NCBI GenBank assembly: GCA_964442325.1
Contig: CAYTYX010000001.1
Coordinates: 57,485 to 121,484 of the forward strand
DNA length: 64,000 nt
Source of the DNA: an uncultured Candidatus Saccharibacteria bacterium
Lineage (GTDB): Bacteria > Patescibacteriota > Saccharimonadia > Saccharimonadales > UBA10212
Direction of reading: 5' to 3'
How positions within the stretch are numbered: the stretch's first letter is position 1; the number at the start of each line of letters is the position of its first letter. The position numbers and the translations under genes were made by a program. The notes below the pieces were generated by a model. The model saw only the letters and a program-made list of their open reading frames with translations. It did not search any database and had not been told where the DNA came from. Below are positions 42,433 through 52,761 of the stretch, one piece after another.

Positions 42433-43044
42433 ATGGTTAAGTTGGCGCATAGGTTAAAAACAAAAATGCCATTATTTAAACGAAGAACACCAGAACAGCC
42501 TCCATCCGAACCGCCCGAGCCACCCGAGCAGGAAATGGCGCCTACTTTACCGCCGCCGATTGAGCTTGAGTCTAGGCCAGAGCCGGAAGAAATCAGACTG
42601 GTTGGCGAGCTAAGCGCCGAGTACCTTCAATATATAAGAGAGCGATTTCACCAGCAAAAAAGCAGATTTATAAGAATTGGCGATGTGATACTGCTTGCGG
42701 CACCAAACAATCCAGATGCCCAGGACGGAAGATTGGAGCATATCCAGATGATTGGGTTGGCGTCGGACGACAAGGAACTTGCCCAAAAAATTGCCGCGGC
42801 CAAACCAACCGAACCTATCCCGGCTACAGGGCAACTAAGAGAGGAAGCTATTAGAGACGGTGTGACCGATGCCGGCTGGTTTGACTTTACAGCCAACGAC
42901 AAGGGCGAGATAAAAACCTTTGGAGTTGCTGGTGCGAGTACGGTGTATGGTGTGGCCGACGAAGCCGGCCGAAAAAAGACATTGAAAGTTGCCGCTCAAC
43001 AACTCGGACCAAATATAGAAATTGTTTGGGGCGACCCGCATTAA
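42433..43044 (+). CDS. hypothetical protein with Pro/Glu-rich N-terminus
   Basis: 203-aa ORF with no recognisable motif. A partial copy of the 18-nt motif (cttaaatccc) lies 10 nt after its stop. Confidence 0.5.
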   Translation: MVKLAHRLKTKMPLFKRRTPEQPPSEPPEPPEQEMAPTLPPPIELESRPEPEEIRLVGELSAEYLQYIRERFHQQKSRFIRIGDVILLAAPNNPDAQDGRLEHIQMIGLASDDKELAQKIAAAKPTEPIPATGQLREEAIRDGVTDAGWFDFTANDKGEIKTFGVAGASTVYGVADEAGRKKTLKVAAQQLGPNIEIVWGDPH

Positions 43045-43139
43045 ATCAATTAGCTTAAATCCCGAATCAAAAAAGTTATAATCTAGCTTTTTAGCTTAAT
43101 GGCGAGCAGGGTGCGGCTGGGCAGTGTAAAATGGTAGTG

Positions 43140-45320
43140 ATGTTTGCTAAAATTGCCCGATTTTCGGTTAGGTTTCGTTGGCTGATAATCATTGCGTGGC
43201 TAGTCGCCATACCACTGGTTGTTTCTAATTTCCCAAATATCAGCAGTGTCGAAAAAGACAATGTTTCTGATTTTTTGCCCGCCAACACGCCGACCAACCA
43301 AGGTGCCCAGCTAGAGCAAGCCTTTCAGCTAAAACAAACTGCCAGTAACGCGCTGATTGTATATAGCCGCTCGGGCAGCAAACTTACCACTGCCGATAAC
43401 GCGACGATTGCCAGCATCAGCGCCAAAGTAAAAAACGTTGCCGAGATAACTCAAATTCAAGATTTGGGCACTAGCGCCGACGGCCAAGCTCACGAGTTGA
43501 TGGTGGGGCTTTCTGGCGCGTCTTTTGGCCAAGGCGCAACAGCCATAGTTGATAACATTCGCGGCGCTATTACCCGATCCGGTGTGCCAGCCGGCGCCAA
43601 AGCCAATTTAACCGGCGACTTGCCGTCGCAGATAGACCAAGAAACCGCCAACAACCAAGGCAAAGATAAAACCGAAGGCTACACGGTACTTTTGATTTTG
43701 GCGTTACTGTTTTTGGTATTCCGCTCGGTTTTGGCACCGATTGTGACGCTGGTGCCGGCCGCCATTGCGCTAATTGTTGCCCAACCAGTAATTGCCGAGG
43801 CTACCAAAATCGGCGTAAAAGTCGGCTTTATTACCCAAATACTTTTGATTGTGTTGCTGCTTGGGGCAGGCACCGATTACGGCCTATTCTTGGTATTTAG
43901 AACCCGCGAAGAGTTGCGCAATGGCCTGGCGCCAAAAGACGCTGTTATTAAAGCTTTGTCTAAAGTTGGTGAATCAATTACCTTTTCGGCGGCTACGGTT
44001 ATGGCGGCGCTGCTGGCGCTACTACTAGCAAGCTTCGGTCTTTATAAAGGCTTAGGCCCAGCGCTGGCGATTGGTCTGGGGATAATGCTTCTGATTGCGA
44101 TGACTTTTTTACCAGCCGTCTTGGCCGTACTGGGCCGCGCTGTTTTTTGGCCGGCCAAAACCACTAAACGTGACCAAAAAGTTGGCTTGTGGGGCAGGCT
44201 GGCCGACAAAGCCGCCGCCAAAACTAAACTAATGATGATACTTGGTGTGCTGGTGTTTGGTGGTTTGATGCTAGGATTGCTGGGTTATAAGTCGGCCGGT
44301 TTTGGCAACCAAAGCGCGCCCTCAGGTAGTGACTCGGCTATTGGTCAGCAAGTTTTAACTCAGCACTTTCCGGCGGCCAATAACAATCCGGACCTATTGA
44401 TTATGCACTTTCCTAAACCTGTCTGGGATAATCTGGCCCAGCTCAAGCAGGCCCAAACTGAGCTATCGAGCTCCAGCGTCTTCTCGGCCATTAGCGGCCC
44501 ATTCAACGCTAACGGCTTTAACCTAACCTCGGCGCAACTTTTACAACTGCATAAAAACGGCAGCGGGCCGGAGCTGGAGGCCATCAACCAGTTTATTGCT
44601 GCCGACGGCAAAACAGTCCAGTTTTACGGCGTGCTCGCGGCCGGACCGTCCGGTAGCACGGCGGCTATGCAGGCTGTTCCGGCGGCCAGGTCAACGTTGC
44701 AAGCCATTGCCGCAGAAGTGGGCGCCGATCAAAATACGGTTTATGGCGCGGATTCAGTTGCCTACGACATTAACCTTACCAACAATAACGACCTTAAAAA
44801 GATTATCCCGATTGTACTGCTGATAATCGCCGGTTTGCTGGCATTGATGCTACGTAGTTTGGTGGCGCCGTGGTATCTAATTTTGACAGTTGGGCTGTCT
44901 TATTTGGCATCGCTTGGTTTTGCAATGTTGGTGTTTGTGCATATTTTTCACCAAGACGGCCTAAACTTTGTCTTGCCGTTTTTGATGTTTGTGTTTGGGA
45001 TGGCGCTGGGCGAGGACTACAACATTTTGGTGATGAGCCGAATCCGCGAAGAGTCGCACCACCGTTCGGTTAGCGAGGCGGTGATAAAAGCCATAGGTAT
45101 TACGGGCACAACTGTCACATCAGCCGGGCTGATTTTAGCTGGCACGTTTAGTATCTTGGGAATTGTTGGCGGTAATCAGCAAGTCGAACAAATTGGTTTT
45201 GGCGTGGCGTTTGGCATTTTGCTCGACACGTTTTTTGTCCGGACACTACTTGTGCCGGCGATTGTTGTGATGCTGGGGCGGTGGAACTGGTGGCCCTCCA
45301 AGCTCGGCGACAGGACCTGA
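43140..45320 (+). CDS. MMPL-family (RND superfamily) transporter
   Basis: ~726 aa with two 6-TM bundles, each preceded by a periplasmic loop, and GTDYGLFLVFRTREE and GEDYNILVMSRIREE motifs. Start taken at Met4 of the track ORF, 7 nt after TAAAAT; 43131 remains possible. Confidence 0.85.
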   Translation: MFAKIARFSVRFRWLIIIAWLVAIPLVVSNFPNISSVEKDNVSDFLPANTPTNQGAQLEQAFQLKQTASNALIVYSRSGSKLTTADNATIASISAKVKNVAEITQIQDLGTSADGQAHELMVGLSGASFGQGATAIVDNIRGAITRSGVPAGAKANLTGDLPSQIDQETANNQGKDKTEGYTVLLILALLFLVFRSVLAPIVTLVPAAIALIVAQPVIAEATKIGVKVGFITQILLIVLLLGAGTDYGLFLVFRTREELRNGLAPKDAVIKALSKVGESITFSAATVMAALLALLLASFGLYKGLGPALAIGLGIMLLIAMTFLPAVLAVLGRAVFWPAKTTKRDQKVGLWGRLADKAAAKTKLMMILGVLVFGGLMLGLLGYKSAGFGNQSAPSGSDSAIGQQVLTQHFPAANNNPDLLIMHFPKPVWDNLAQLKQAQTELSSSSVFSAISGPFNANGFNLTSAQLLQLHKNGSGPELEAINQFIAADGKTVQFYGVLAAGPSGSTAAMQAVPAARSTLQAIAAEVGADQNTVYGADSVAYDINLTNNNDLKKIIPIVLLIIAGLLALMLRSLVAPWYLILTVGLSYLASLGFAMLVFVHIFHQDGLNFVLPFLMFVFGMALGEDYNILVMSRIREESHHRSVSEAVIKAIGITGTTVTSAGLILAGTFSILGIVGGNQQVEQIGFGVAFGILLDTFFVRTLLVPAIVVMLGRWNWWPSKLGDRT

Positions 45321-45333
45321 CAGGAGTCAAAAG

Positions 45334-45675
45334 TTAATCGGGCTGGCCGGTCTCGATGGCGTGGATGGCCCGTAGACTAAGTTTTCCAATTACGCCGATT
45401 TCGGTCAGGATTTCTACGGATTGAGTAAACATTTGCACTTCATCGTTGCCAATATGACTTGCTCCCTCAGTCACGGCTACAAAAAAGGCCACGGCGGCTA
45501 CTCCGATTTTGGCACCAGCAATCACTTTTCGTTTTAAATCAGAATCTTCAAGCTGCACATCTGCCACAGTCGGCCTACCCTCGGCCATGGGCGGAGTAGG
45601 CATTTGCCAATCGAGCCGCCTGTCCATTGGTAGGTCTAACATTGACTGTATTATACCTCGCTTTACCTTGCTCAA
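45334..45675 (-). CDS. hypothetical protein with one TM helix
   Basis: 113-aa ORF with a central hydrophobic segment (IGVAAVAFFVAV). Confidence 0.4.
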   Translation of the reverse strand: MSKVKRGIIQSMLDLPMDRRLDWQMPTPPMAEGRPTVADVQLEDSDLKRKVIAGAKIGVAAVAFFVAVTEGASHIGNDEVQMFTQSVEILTEIGVIGKLSLRAIHAIETGQPD

Positions 45676-45739
45676 TTTATGACCAACGACCTACTTAAAT
45701 TTTTATACTGTTTATGCTAAATTAAAATCAAGTAATAAA

Positions 45740-45988
45740 ATGATTGAAACACCAAAATCAGACTCATCTCTTGATACACGTTCGGAAGCTGAGCAAACCG
45801 CGGCCGAGGCTCTAATACGCAACACTATCCGTCCGCGTCTTAGCGTAAAAATTGACCCGGTTGAACCGCGCCGGCCAATCGAATCGATTAGATTGGCGGA
45901 AGTTATACCGCTAGCTCGCCGCGCTGCCGAAACCACTATCGCTATTGAGAATCAGGAGCATAATAAGGAAGAAAGGAGAGCAGTATGA
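45740..45988 (+). CDS. hypothetical protein
   Basis: 82-aa ORF whose stop overlaps the next ATG (ATGA). Confidence 0.4.
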   Translation: MIETPKSDSSLDTRSEAEQTAAEALIRNTIRPRLSVKIDPVEPRRPIESIRLAEVIPLARRAAETTIAIENQEHNKEERRAV

Positions 45989-46167
45989 AAAACTGGAAAA
46001 ACAACAAAAATATGGGCGGCAAACCTATGGGCGGTTACGGCCTTGGCATAATCGGCGCGGCCGTTTACTATCTGCACACCACTACCGGCTTTTGGCCTAG
46101 TGTTGTGGCGCTACTTAAAGCGCTAGTTTGGCCGGCCTACTTGGTCTACCACTTACTCGGCTTGTAG
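45985..46167 (+). CDS. small two-TM membrane protein
   Basis: 60 aa, with GAAAGGAGAG upstream. Hydrophobic segments GLGIIGAAVYYL and VVALLKALVWPAYLVY. Confidence 0.45.
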   Translation: MKNWKNNKNMGGKPMGGYGLGIIGAAVYYLHTTTGFWPSVVALLKALVWPAYLVYHLLGL

Positions 46168-46225
46168 AAAGCTGCCCTACTGCGCCATTTTTGGCGTAAG
46201 ATAGAAGTAAAAGGGGACAAATTAA

Positions 46226-46792
46226 ATGAAACAATCGCAAAAACTTTACGCGCTAATGAGTGTTGGCGCGGGCGTAGGCTTGATTGCATCTTTTTGGCAG
46301 ATGCTCGAGAAATTAACGCTGCTAAAAAATGCCCACGCTGTTTTAAGCTGCAACCTCAACTCGGTATTTAATTGCACTAACATACTCAATGCCCACCAAA
46401 GTTCGGTTTTTGGCTTTCCAAATTCGCTAATGTGCATAGTTTTCTTTGCTTTGATGCTGTCGGCCGGTTTGATAGGCCTGGGCGGCGCGCAACTTCATAA
46501 AAGAGTTCGTTTTGCCTATCAAGCCTTTGCACTATTCTTCGTAGGTTTTGGTTTTTGGTATCTCTGGCAAAGCATTTTTAACATCGGTGCTCTATGTATT
46601 TTCTGCATCTTTTGCTACGGCGGGCTACTGCTGGTTAATGGCTCGTGGTTCAGGCTCAATTACCGCGAACTGCCACTGCGCAAGAAAACAATCGCGCTGC
46701 TTGACGAGTGGGTAGGAAGAGGAGCCGATATTTTTGTATGGTGCCTTGTAGCTGCCGCAATAACCCTAGAAGCTATCATTAAGTTCGCTTAA
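46226..46792 (+). CDS. vitamin K epoxide reductase (VKOR) family protein
   Basis: 188 aa, 4-5 TM, with a loop cysteine pair (LSCNLNSVFNC) and a CxxC (CIFC) in a TM helix, as in bacterial VKOR homologs. Confidence 0.8.
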   Translation: MKQSQKLYALMSVGAGVGLIASFWQMLEKLTLLKNAHAVLSCNLNSVFNCTNILNAHQSSVFGFPNSLMCIVFFALMLSAGLIGLGGAQLHKRVRFAYQAFALFFVGFGFWYLWQSIFNIGALCIFCIFCYGGLLLVNGSWFRLNYRELPLRKKTIALLDEWVGRGADIFVWCLVAAAITLEAIIKFA

Positions 46793-46868
46793 AATTTTTT
46801 ACCTAACAAAAACTAAAGTCGACTTTACTAGACGGGATTTGCCAGCCGGTTTATAGTTCAAATCAAGT

Positions 46869-47567
46869 ATGGCGTATGAGGCAAAAATTCACGAAGCCCA
46901 AACCAGCATTTTGCGCGAGCTGTTATTTCAGCCCGAGGCCGGCTACGCCGAGCTTCAAAAACCTACCGGCTTATCTAGCGATCATTTTAATTTTCATATC
47001 GCCCGACTGGTAGAAATCGGCTATGTAGAAAAAATTCGGCGCGGCAAATATAGCCTAACGCCGCGCGGTAAAGAATACGCCAACAAGCTAGACACCGACG
47101 CCAACGTAATTGAGCGCCAACCCAAAAGCGGCGTGATACTAGCCATTAAAAAAGACGACAAGTTTTTATTCCAGGAGCGATTGAAACACCCGTATTACGG
47201 TTTTTGGGGATTCCCGAGCGGTAAAATTCGCTGGGGCGAAACAATTATAGAAACCGCGGCCCGCGAGCTTAAGGAAGAAACCGGACTAGAGGCCGACCAT
47301 GAGTGGAAGGGTATTTATCACGAACAAGTTTTTCAGGCCGAGACCGGGGAGCAGCTGGAAGACAAAATATTCCACATTGTTTTATGTACCAATGTGCGCG
47401 GCGAGCTGATTGAACAATTCGAAGGCGGCCGAAACGCCTGGCTAAGCCTGGCCCAAGTCGGTAAACAAGCCAAAAAATTCGAAAGCTATAAATTCGAGGC
47501 CGATATTGCCCGCGGCAAACAAATATTTATTGAACGTATAGTTGAATATTCCAAACAAGAATTCTAA
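46869..47567 (+). CDS. Nudix hydrolase with N-terminal winged-helix domain
   Basis: Nudix box GKIRWGETIIETAARELKEETGL. The N-terminal ~70 aa are wHTH-like (LSSDHFNFHIARLVEIGYVEK). Confidence 0.8.
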   Translation: MAYEAKIHEAQTSILRELLFQPEAGYAELQKPTGLSSDHFNFHIARLVEIGYVEKIRRGKYSLTPRGKEYANKLDTDANVIERQPKSGVILAIKKDDKFLFQERLKHPYYGFWGFPSGKIRWGETIIETAARELKEETGLEADHEWKGIYHEQVFQAETGEQLEDKIFHIVLCTNVRGELIEQFEGGRNAWLSLAQVGKQAKKFESYKFEADIARGKQIFIERIVEYSKQEF

Positions 47568-47621
47568 CCACTAGATAATTTAGACCAAAATGCTTATAGT
47601 TTTAGGCAAGACTCTAAGACT

Positions 47622-49427
47622 ATGGACCAAAACTCCCAACCTGAACCCGAGCTGCCCGTGCCGCCTGAACCTATCGTGGAAAGTCCGCCTCCGGAACCCA
47701 CGGCTACACCCACACCACCGGAACCTGCGCCAGCCAAGCCAACCGCCGAGCCGGCCGCCCAACCAGCTACCACCAAGTCGTCTCGGCTTCAGCGATTAAG
47801 GAGCTGGTCTAAAAATCATAAGAAATTATCTATCCCGCTGGCGGTTTTTATTGTTTTAGTGCTGCTAGCGGCGGTACCGACAACCCGCTACCAGGGCGCT
47901 GGTTTGTTTCTGAGCCGGAATATGACCATCAAGGTGGTAGACTCGGCAACTGGCAAACCGGTTAGCGGCGCAACCGTCAGCTTCGCCGGCCAAACCGCCC
48001 AAACCAATGGCGATGGCCAAGCATCACTAAAACTTAAAGACGGCTACCGCCAGGTACAGGTCGCCTTGCAGTACTATCAAACCGGCTCGGCCAAAATATT
48101 AGTACCGATTCTCTCGCCCAAAGCAATCCCGACTATCTCGATGGTAGCTACCGGCCGGCAAACCGACGTAACGATTGACGATTTGATCTCCGGCGATGCA
48201 CTTGCCGGCGTAATCATTAAAGTTGCCGGCATTACCGCTACAACCGATAAATCCGGCGGCGCGGCGCTGGTTTTGCCAGTCGGGCAGGCCACCCAAAAAG
48301 CTACGCTAAGTCTAGCTGGCTACAACGACTCCACAGTCAATCTGCAGGTTAGCGACACAGACGTGAAAGTTAACACCTTTAACTTAGTGCCATCCGGTAA
48401 GCTCTATTTCTTAAGTGACGCCTCCGGGAAGATTGACGTGATGGCGGCCAATCTCGACGGCAGCAGCGCCAAAGTTTTGCTGGCCGGTACCGGAAATGAA
48501 GAAAACGGCTCAACTTCAATATTTGTCTCGCCAGATAGCAAATACATTGCGCTAGAAACCAACCGAAGCGGCGCCACCCCCTTGATTTACCTAGTTAATA
48601 CTTCAACCGGCGCTGCTAGTCTAGTAGACAGCTCGAATGCCAGCTACACGATGTATGGCTGGATGAGCGATAAATTGATCTACTCGGCTTCTAGCTCAGC
48701 TGTCCATACTTGGCAGGCCGGTCGCAATAAACTCAAAAGCTACGATACTGCTTCTGGTGCTAAGCTAACGCTAGACCAAAGTTTGGCCACCGGCAGTAGT
48801 GCTTCAGCGGCCGATGAGGGGTATTCGCAAGTCTTTTTACTGCATAGCAGCAGTCAGATTGCCTATTATAAGAGCTGGCAAGTGGACTTTTCCTTAGCCA
48901 GCACACCCAGCCTTATCTCTAAGCAAAACAGCTTTAACGTAGTTAATCTCGACGACAGCAACTTGCAAAACATCGCCAAATATCCTGCCTCTCACTCGGT
49001 GTTTTTTGGCCAATATTCGCCAACGGCTTACTACATCAGTGATGGTAGTAGTAGCACTCCGACTAAATATTACAGCTGGAAGGCTGGCACGCTTTCGCCA
49101 CTCGCTGTAAGTATAAGCAGTAGCCAGTTCGACAAAACTACGCCATATTATTACTCACCCAACTTGCAAAAAACCGTTTGGAGTGAGGCGCGCAATGATG
49201 CCAATGCCAGCTTTATAGGCGATAGTAGCGGCGCTAATGCTAAGCAAATTGGTGGTAGCCAAGACCTTTCTGCCCAAGCTGCGTTTGGCTGGATTAATAA
49301 CAACTACGCGCTACTAGATATAGTTGGCGGCTGTAACTTACAAGTTGTCTCTACCAACGCGGCCGATACCCACCAAGTGGCGGTCAAGGATTGCCTGAGA
49401 TCATACAGTTCGTATAACGGTAATTAA
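47622..49427 (+). CDS. membrane-anchored protein: Pro-rich N-terminus, CarboxypepD_reg-like domains, TolB-like beta-propeller region (paralog A)
   Basis: 601 aa. TIKVVDSATGKPVSGATVSFAGQTAQTNGDGQASL is typical of carboxypeptidase-regulatory-like domains. The KLYFLSDASGKIDVMAANLDGSSAKVLL...SPDSKYIALE pattern is PD40/TolB-like. Confidence 0.6.
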   Translation: MDQNSQPEPELPVPPEPIVESPPPEPTATPTPPEPAPAKPTAEPAAQPATTKSSRLQRLRSWSKNHKKLSIPLAVFIVLVLLAAVPTTRYQGAGLFLSRNMTIKVVDSATGKPVSGATVSFAGQTAQTNGDGQASLKLKDGYRQVQVALQYYQTGSAKILVPILSPKAIPTISMVATGRQTDVTIDDLISGDALAGVIIKVAGITATTDKSGGAALVLPVGQATQKATLSLAGYNDSTVNLQVSDTDVKVNTFNLVPSGKLYFLSDASGKIDVMAANLDGSSAKVLLAGTGNEENGSTSIFVSPDSKYIALETNRSGATPLIYLVNTSTGAASLVDSSNASYTMYGWMSDKLIYSASSSAVHTWQAGRNKLKSYDTASGAKLTLDQSLATGSSASAADEGYSQVFLLHSSSQIAYYKSWQVDFSLASTPSLISKQNSFNVVNLDDSNLQNIAKYPASHSVFFGQYSPTAYYISDGSSSTPTKYYSWKAGTLSPLAVSISSSQFDKTTPYYYSPNLQKTVWSEARNDANASFIGDSSGANAKQIGGSQDLSAQAAFGWINNNYALLDIVGGCNLQVVSTNAADTHQVAVKDCLRSYSSYNGN

Positions 49428-49509
49428 TTTTTAACCTAACTACCTCTATTGGCAAGGTGAGCCAAACCGCTTATAGTAAAAGCTTATAGACCTATAAATA
49501 TATTTGATT

Positions 49510-51414
49510 ATGCAAGACGAGCCCGACAATTTACGCCAAGTACCAACCCCGCCATCGGCTGGCCCGATGCCAACACCGATTACATCGTCACCAGCCGACA
49601 AACCGATCGAGGCTAAGCCCTTAAACCAAGCAGTTTTAGCCGAGATGCTCAAAAAAGCCGACTCTATTGGCATAGTGCCGCCCAGTCAACACCCGCCGTC
49701 CGATGCCTCAACCCCGCGCCCCGGCAATGTTATAAAACCAACTGTTCCGCCGGCTGGTATAGCCAGTCAACCAACCCAACCTGCAGCTCCAAGCGCACCG
49801 CCAGCCATCCCGCTAAAGTCGTTCGTACGGCCGCTGCAGCGACCGGTGCCAACCGGGCCGCCACCCATCCAGACTGATGTAGTCGTACCCCCACTACCCA
49901 AACCGCCTGAGCCGGTGCCGGTTCAACCTCCTCCCAAAACACAAAAGCCAATTGATGTATCTAAACTGGACGCTACGCCTATGCCATTGCCGCAACCGGT
50001 TATACTACCACCAGCGCCTGAGCCAGAGCCACTACCACCTCCGCTGCCCCCAACGCCTCCAGTCCCGGAGCCAGTCCCATCGGCCCCAGAACCTGAGCCA
50101 ATACCTCCATCGCCAAAACCGCCTGAGCCGGCGCCAGAGCCTTTTATGCAGCCAGAGCCCGAACTCGCTCCGCCACCAGCCAAACCGCCTCGCCAACCAA
50201 TCAATCTATCTGGCTGGCTTAGTGGCCGCGGCGTGCTGTTATGGCCGCTGTTGGGCCTAGCTTTATTACTGCTACTAGTAACTATGCCATCAGTCCGCTA
50301 TAACGCAGCGGCGCTGGTTCTAAAGAAAGACTTTACGCTCACGGTCACCGATTCTACCACCGGCGATCCGGTTAGTGACGCCGTACTGAGTGTTGGCTCG
50401 GTCACCGCTATGACAGACGGTGAGGGCAGGGCGACTTTAGTCGGTGTAAAGCCGGGCAATCGCGCCATTAGTATTTCCAAGCCATACTACCAAGCCGAGC
50501 AAGTCCAAACACTAATTCCGATTTTGAGCCAAAAAACCTCACCCACTTTGCAAATTAGCACCTCTGGTAGCCTAGTCAAAATCAGTCTGGCCAATCTAAT
50601 TACCAAGCAGTCGTTGGCTGGAGCTGATATTGCGGCTGGCAGTGTCAACGCCATAACCGACGCTAGCGGCGAAGCGCTGGTGGCTCTGCCAAATACTGGC
50701 GTTCCTCAGCTAGCTAAGCTCTCGATGGCTGGCTACAACTCTAAGTCCGTCAATTTAGTTACCGCCACCGGCATCATTAAACAAACTACAACTATGTTGA
50801 CGCCGGTTGGCAAGCTCTACTACTTAGCCAAGCCAGTCGCCAGAGTCAATGTAATGAGGGCTAATCTGGATGGCACCTCAGCCAAAACGCTGGTGGCGGG
50901 AAGCGGTTTTGAAAACAACCAAACCACGCTAATAGCCTCGCCAGATAACAAATACTTGGCTCTACTAGCACGACATACCACTGACCCGCATCCCCAAATT
51001 TATGTGGTCGATGCTTCGAAGGGTAGTTTTGTCGAAGCAGCGTTTGGCGATAACTTAAAACTACTTGGCTGGATTGGCAGTAGCGTATTTTGGCAGGATG
51101 GCAATGCGCTTAAAAGTTTTGATGCGCCTTTGCAAAAAGCCAATTCGCTCAATGCTCTAGCTAGCGCCAGCCAGCTGGAGCAGTTGAGTTCGAGCCACAA
51201 ACTTTCGCCTGCTGGCACGCGCGAAGCTTGGTCGAGTAGCGGCAAGGTGGTTGTTGCGGCTAAAGGCGGCGGCGGAGCACAGGTAGTAGCGACTGGCTTT
51301 AGTCTGGTTGGCTGGTATAACGATCAATATATTCTACTAACTAAAAGTAGCGTTCTATATATCTCGTCTGCCGATGCGCCGAGCGCGCCAGTTAGAGTCG
51401 CCAATATTTTCTAA
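49510..51414 (+). CDS. paralog B of 47622-49427, with a ~230-aa Pro-rich N-terminal region
   Basis: Same architecture (LTVTDSTTGDPVSDAVLSVGSVTAMTDGEGRATL; KLYYLAKPVARVNVMRANLDGTSAKTLV...SPDNKYLALL). The ATG is Met3 of the track ORF, which starts at a TTG. Confidence 0.6.
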   Translation: MQDEPDNLRQVPTPPSAGPMPTPITSSPADKPIEAKPLNQAVLAEMLKKADSIGIVPPSQHPPSDASTPRPGNVIKPTVPPAGIASQPTQPAAPSAPPAIPLKSFVRPLQRPVPTGPPPIQTDVVVPPLPKPPEPVPVQPPPKTQKPIDVSKLDATPMPLPQPVILPPAPEPEPLPPPLPPTPPVPEPVPSAPEPEPIPPSPKPPEPAPEPFMQPEPELAPPPAKPPRQPINLSGWLSGRGVLLWPLLGLALLLLLVTMPSVRYNAAALVLKKDFTLTVTDSTTGDPVSDAVLSVGSVTAMTDGEGRATLVGVKPGNRAISISKPYYQAEQVQTLIPILSQKTSPTLQISTSGSLVKISLANLITKQSLAGADIAAGSVNAITDASGEALVALPNTGVPQLAKLSMAGYNSKSVNLVTATGIIKQTTTMLTPVGKLYYLAKPVARVNVMRANLDGTSAKTLVAGSGFENNQTTLIASPDNKYLALLARHTTDPHPQIYVVDASKGSFVEAAFGDNLKLLGWIGSSVFWQDGNALKSFDAPLQKANSLNALASASQLEQLSSSHKLSPAGTREAWSSSGKVVVAAKGGGGAQVVATGFSLVGWYNDQYILLTKSSVLYISSADAPSAPVRVANIF

Positions 51415-52103
51415 GCGCTGTGCCGGGTTGACTTGGCTGGCGAATTATCCAAGCTTTGCCATAAATACCAAGCCGCCACCGACTCATATGGGTGCCATTT
51501 GTTGCGACTAGCGATGGTTATAATTTGCTCTCGAAGAGGTAGTTCCGGCAGCTTATATAAATTTTGAATTGCTTTGCGGATGCCTAGGTCACCAACCGGT
51601 AAAATATCCAGCCGCCCAAGGCCAAATAGCATAAACATATGAGCGCTCCACTCGCCAATGCCTTTAACGGCCGTTAACTGCTCGATTAGTTGGTCGTTGG
51701 GCATAGTGGCAATATGGGCCAAGTCCAGCCGGCCATCCAGCACGTGCTCGGCTAAATCTTTGACGTACTTAACTTTGGCCCAAGACAAACCTGCATCGCG
51801 CAGTTTTTGGCCGTCGATTTTAACTAGAGCTTCGGGCGTTGGCATTTTGCCGCCAAATAAATCTAGGACTCTGCGCCAAATTGCGCCGGCTGCCTTGGCG
51901 CTAAGCTGCTGGCCAACAATGCTACCAACTAGCTCACCGTAGTGATCGCTATGCGGCTTGATGGTGCACGGGCCGCTTACTTTGATTACGTCTGCCAGCC
52001 GCTTGTCGCTGCGGGTCAAATGCACAGCCGCTTTTTGGAGCTCTTTGCTAAAAACTACCCGGTTCATCTTAAGTTCAAGTTTAGCAGCTAGGCGGCAACT
52101 CAT
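51411..52103 (-). CDS. HhH-GPD DNA glycosylase (AlkA-like 3-methyladenine glycosylase II)
   Basis: LTAVKGIGEWSAHMFMLFGLGRLDILPVGDLGIRKA helix-hairpin-helix/GPD motif with a catalytic Asp. Met13 (52067) is an alternative start. Confidence 0.8.
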   Translation of the reverse strand: MSCRLAAKLELKMNRVVFSKELQKAAVHLTRSDKRLADVIKVSGPCTIKPHSDHYGELVGSIVGQQLSAKAAGAIWRRVLDLFGGKMPTPEALVKIDGQKLRDAGLSWAKVKYVKDLAEHVLDGRLDLAHIATMPNDQLIEQLTAVKGIGEWSAHMFMLFGLGRLDILPVGDLGIRKAIQNLYKLPELPLREQIITIASRNKWHPYESVAAWYLWQSLDNSPAKSTRHSA

Positions 52104-52116
52104 TTACAATATTGAT

Positions 52117-52701
52117 ATGCCACTAAAAATTAAAAACGCCTGCTCATATCTTGTTCGGCTGCATTGGGCAGTTTGGCTGGTACTTTTCTTGATTAGCGCA
52201 AGCGTGAGTGTGGTGGCGCTTCGGCACAACAACCTAGAAATGGTTAGCTTGCGCGACGCGGTATATACAGCCGACAAAAATAATAAAAATCTAGAGCCGG
52301 CCATAGACAGCTTGAGCTCCTACGTCCATTCGCATATGAATACCTCTATGACAGCGCCCAATGGTATCTACCCGCCACTGCAGCTAAGTTACACCTATGC
52401 TCGCCTTGCTAAAGCTCAAACTACCCAGAACTCTAAAGATAACTACGCCGCCGCTCAGGCTTACTGCCAAGCTCACGCCACATCGCCCCTGTTTAGTCTC
52501 TACGTCAGCTGCATCCAGGCCTATGTGCAGCGGCATCCAGTCAAAACCGTGACTGCAGCCGATATCTCGCCGGCCTTATACGAGTTTGATTTTATTAGCC
52601 CAAGCTGGAGCCCAGACTTAGCCGGCTGGAGCCTAGCAGCCAGCGGACTATTTTTGCTTGGCGGCGCACTTAGACTAGCGGCCGATCGTTTACGGGCCTA
52701 A
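52117..52701 (+). CDS. membrane protein, unknown function
   Basis: 194 aa counted from Met54 of track ORF 51958-52701. N- and C-terminal TM helices flank a Cys-containing extracytoplasmic region. Confidence 0.5.
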   Translation: MPLKIKNACSYLVRLHWAVWLVLFLISASVSVVALRHNNLEMVSLRDAVYTADKNNKNLEPAIDSLSSYVHSHMNTSMTAPNGIYPPLQLSYTYARLAKAQTTQNSKDNYAAAQAYCQAHATSPLFSLYVSCIQAYVQRHPVKTVTAADISPALYEFDFISPSWSPDLAGWSLAASGLFLLGGALRLAADRLRA

Positions 52702-52761
52702 ATACCGACCGACCCCTGCGGGCCGGTTAAGGCTTAAAAAAGTCTTTTTCGATTTTCTAGG

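Noticed and set aside
49923-50204. Gly/Ser-rich 93-aa ORF and other frames (49730-49951 -, 49952-50260 +) over the Pro-rich region.
   Set aside because: These are antisense or alternate readings of the CCN-rich proline-repeat coding sequence of 49510-51414.
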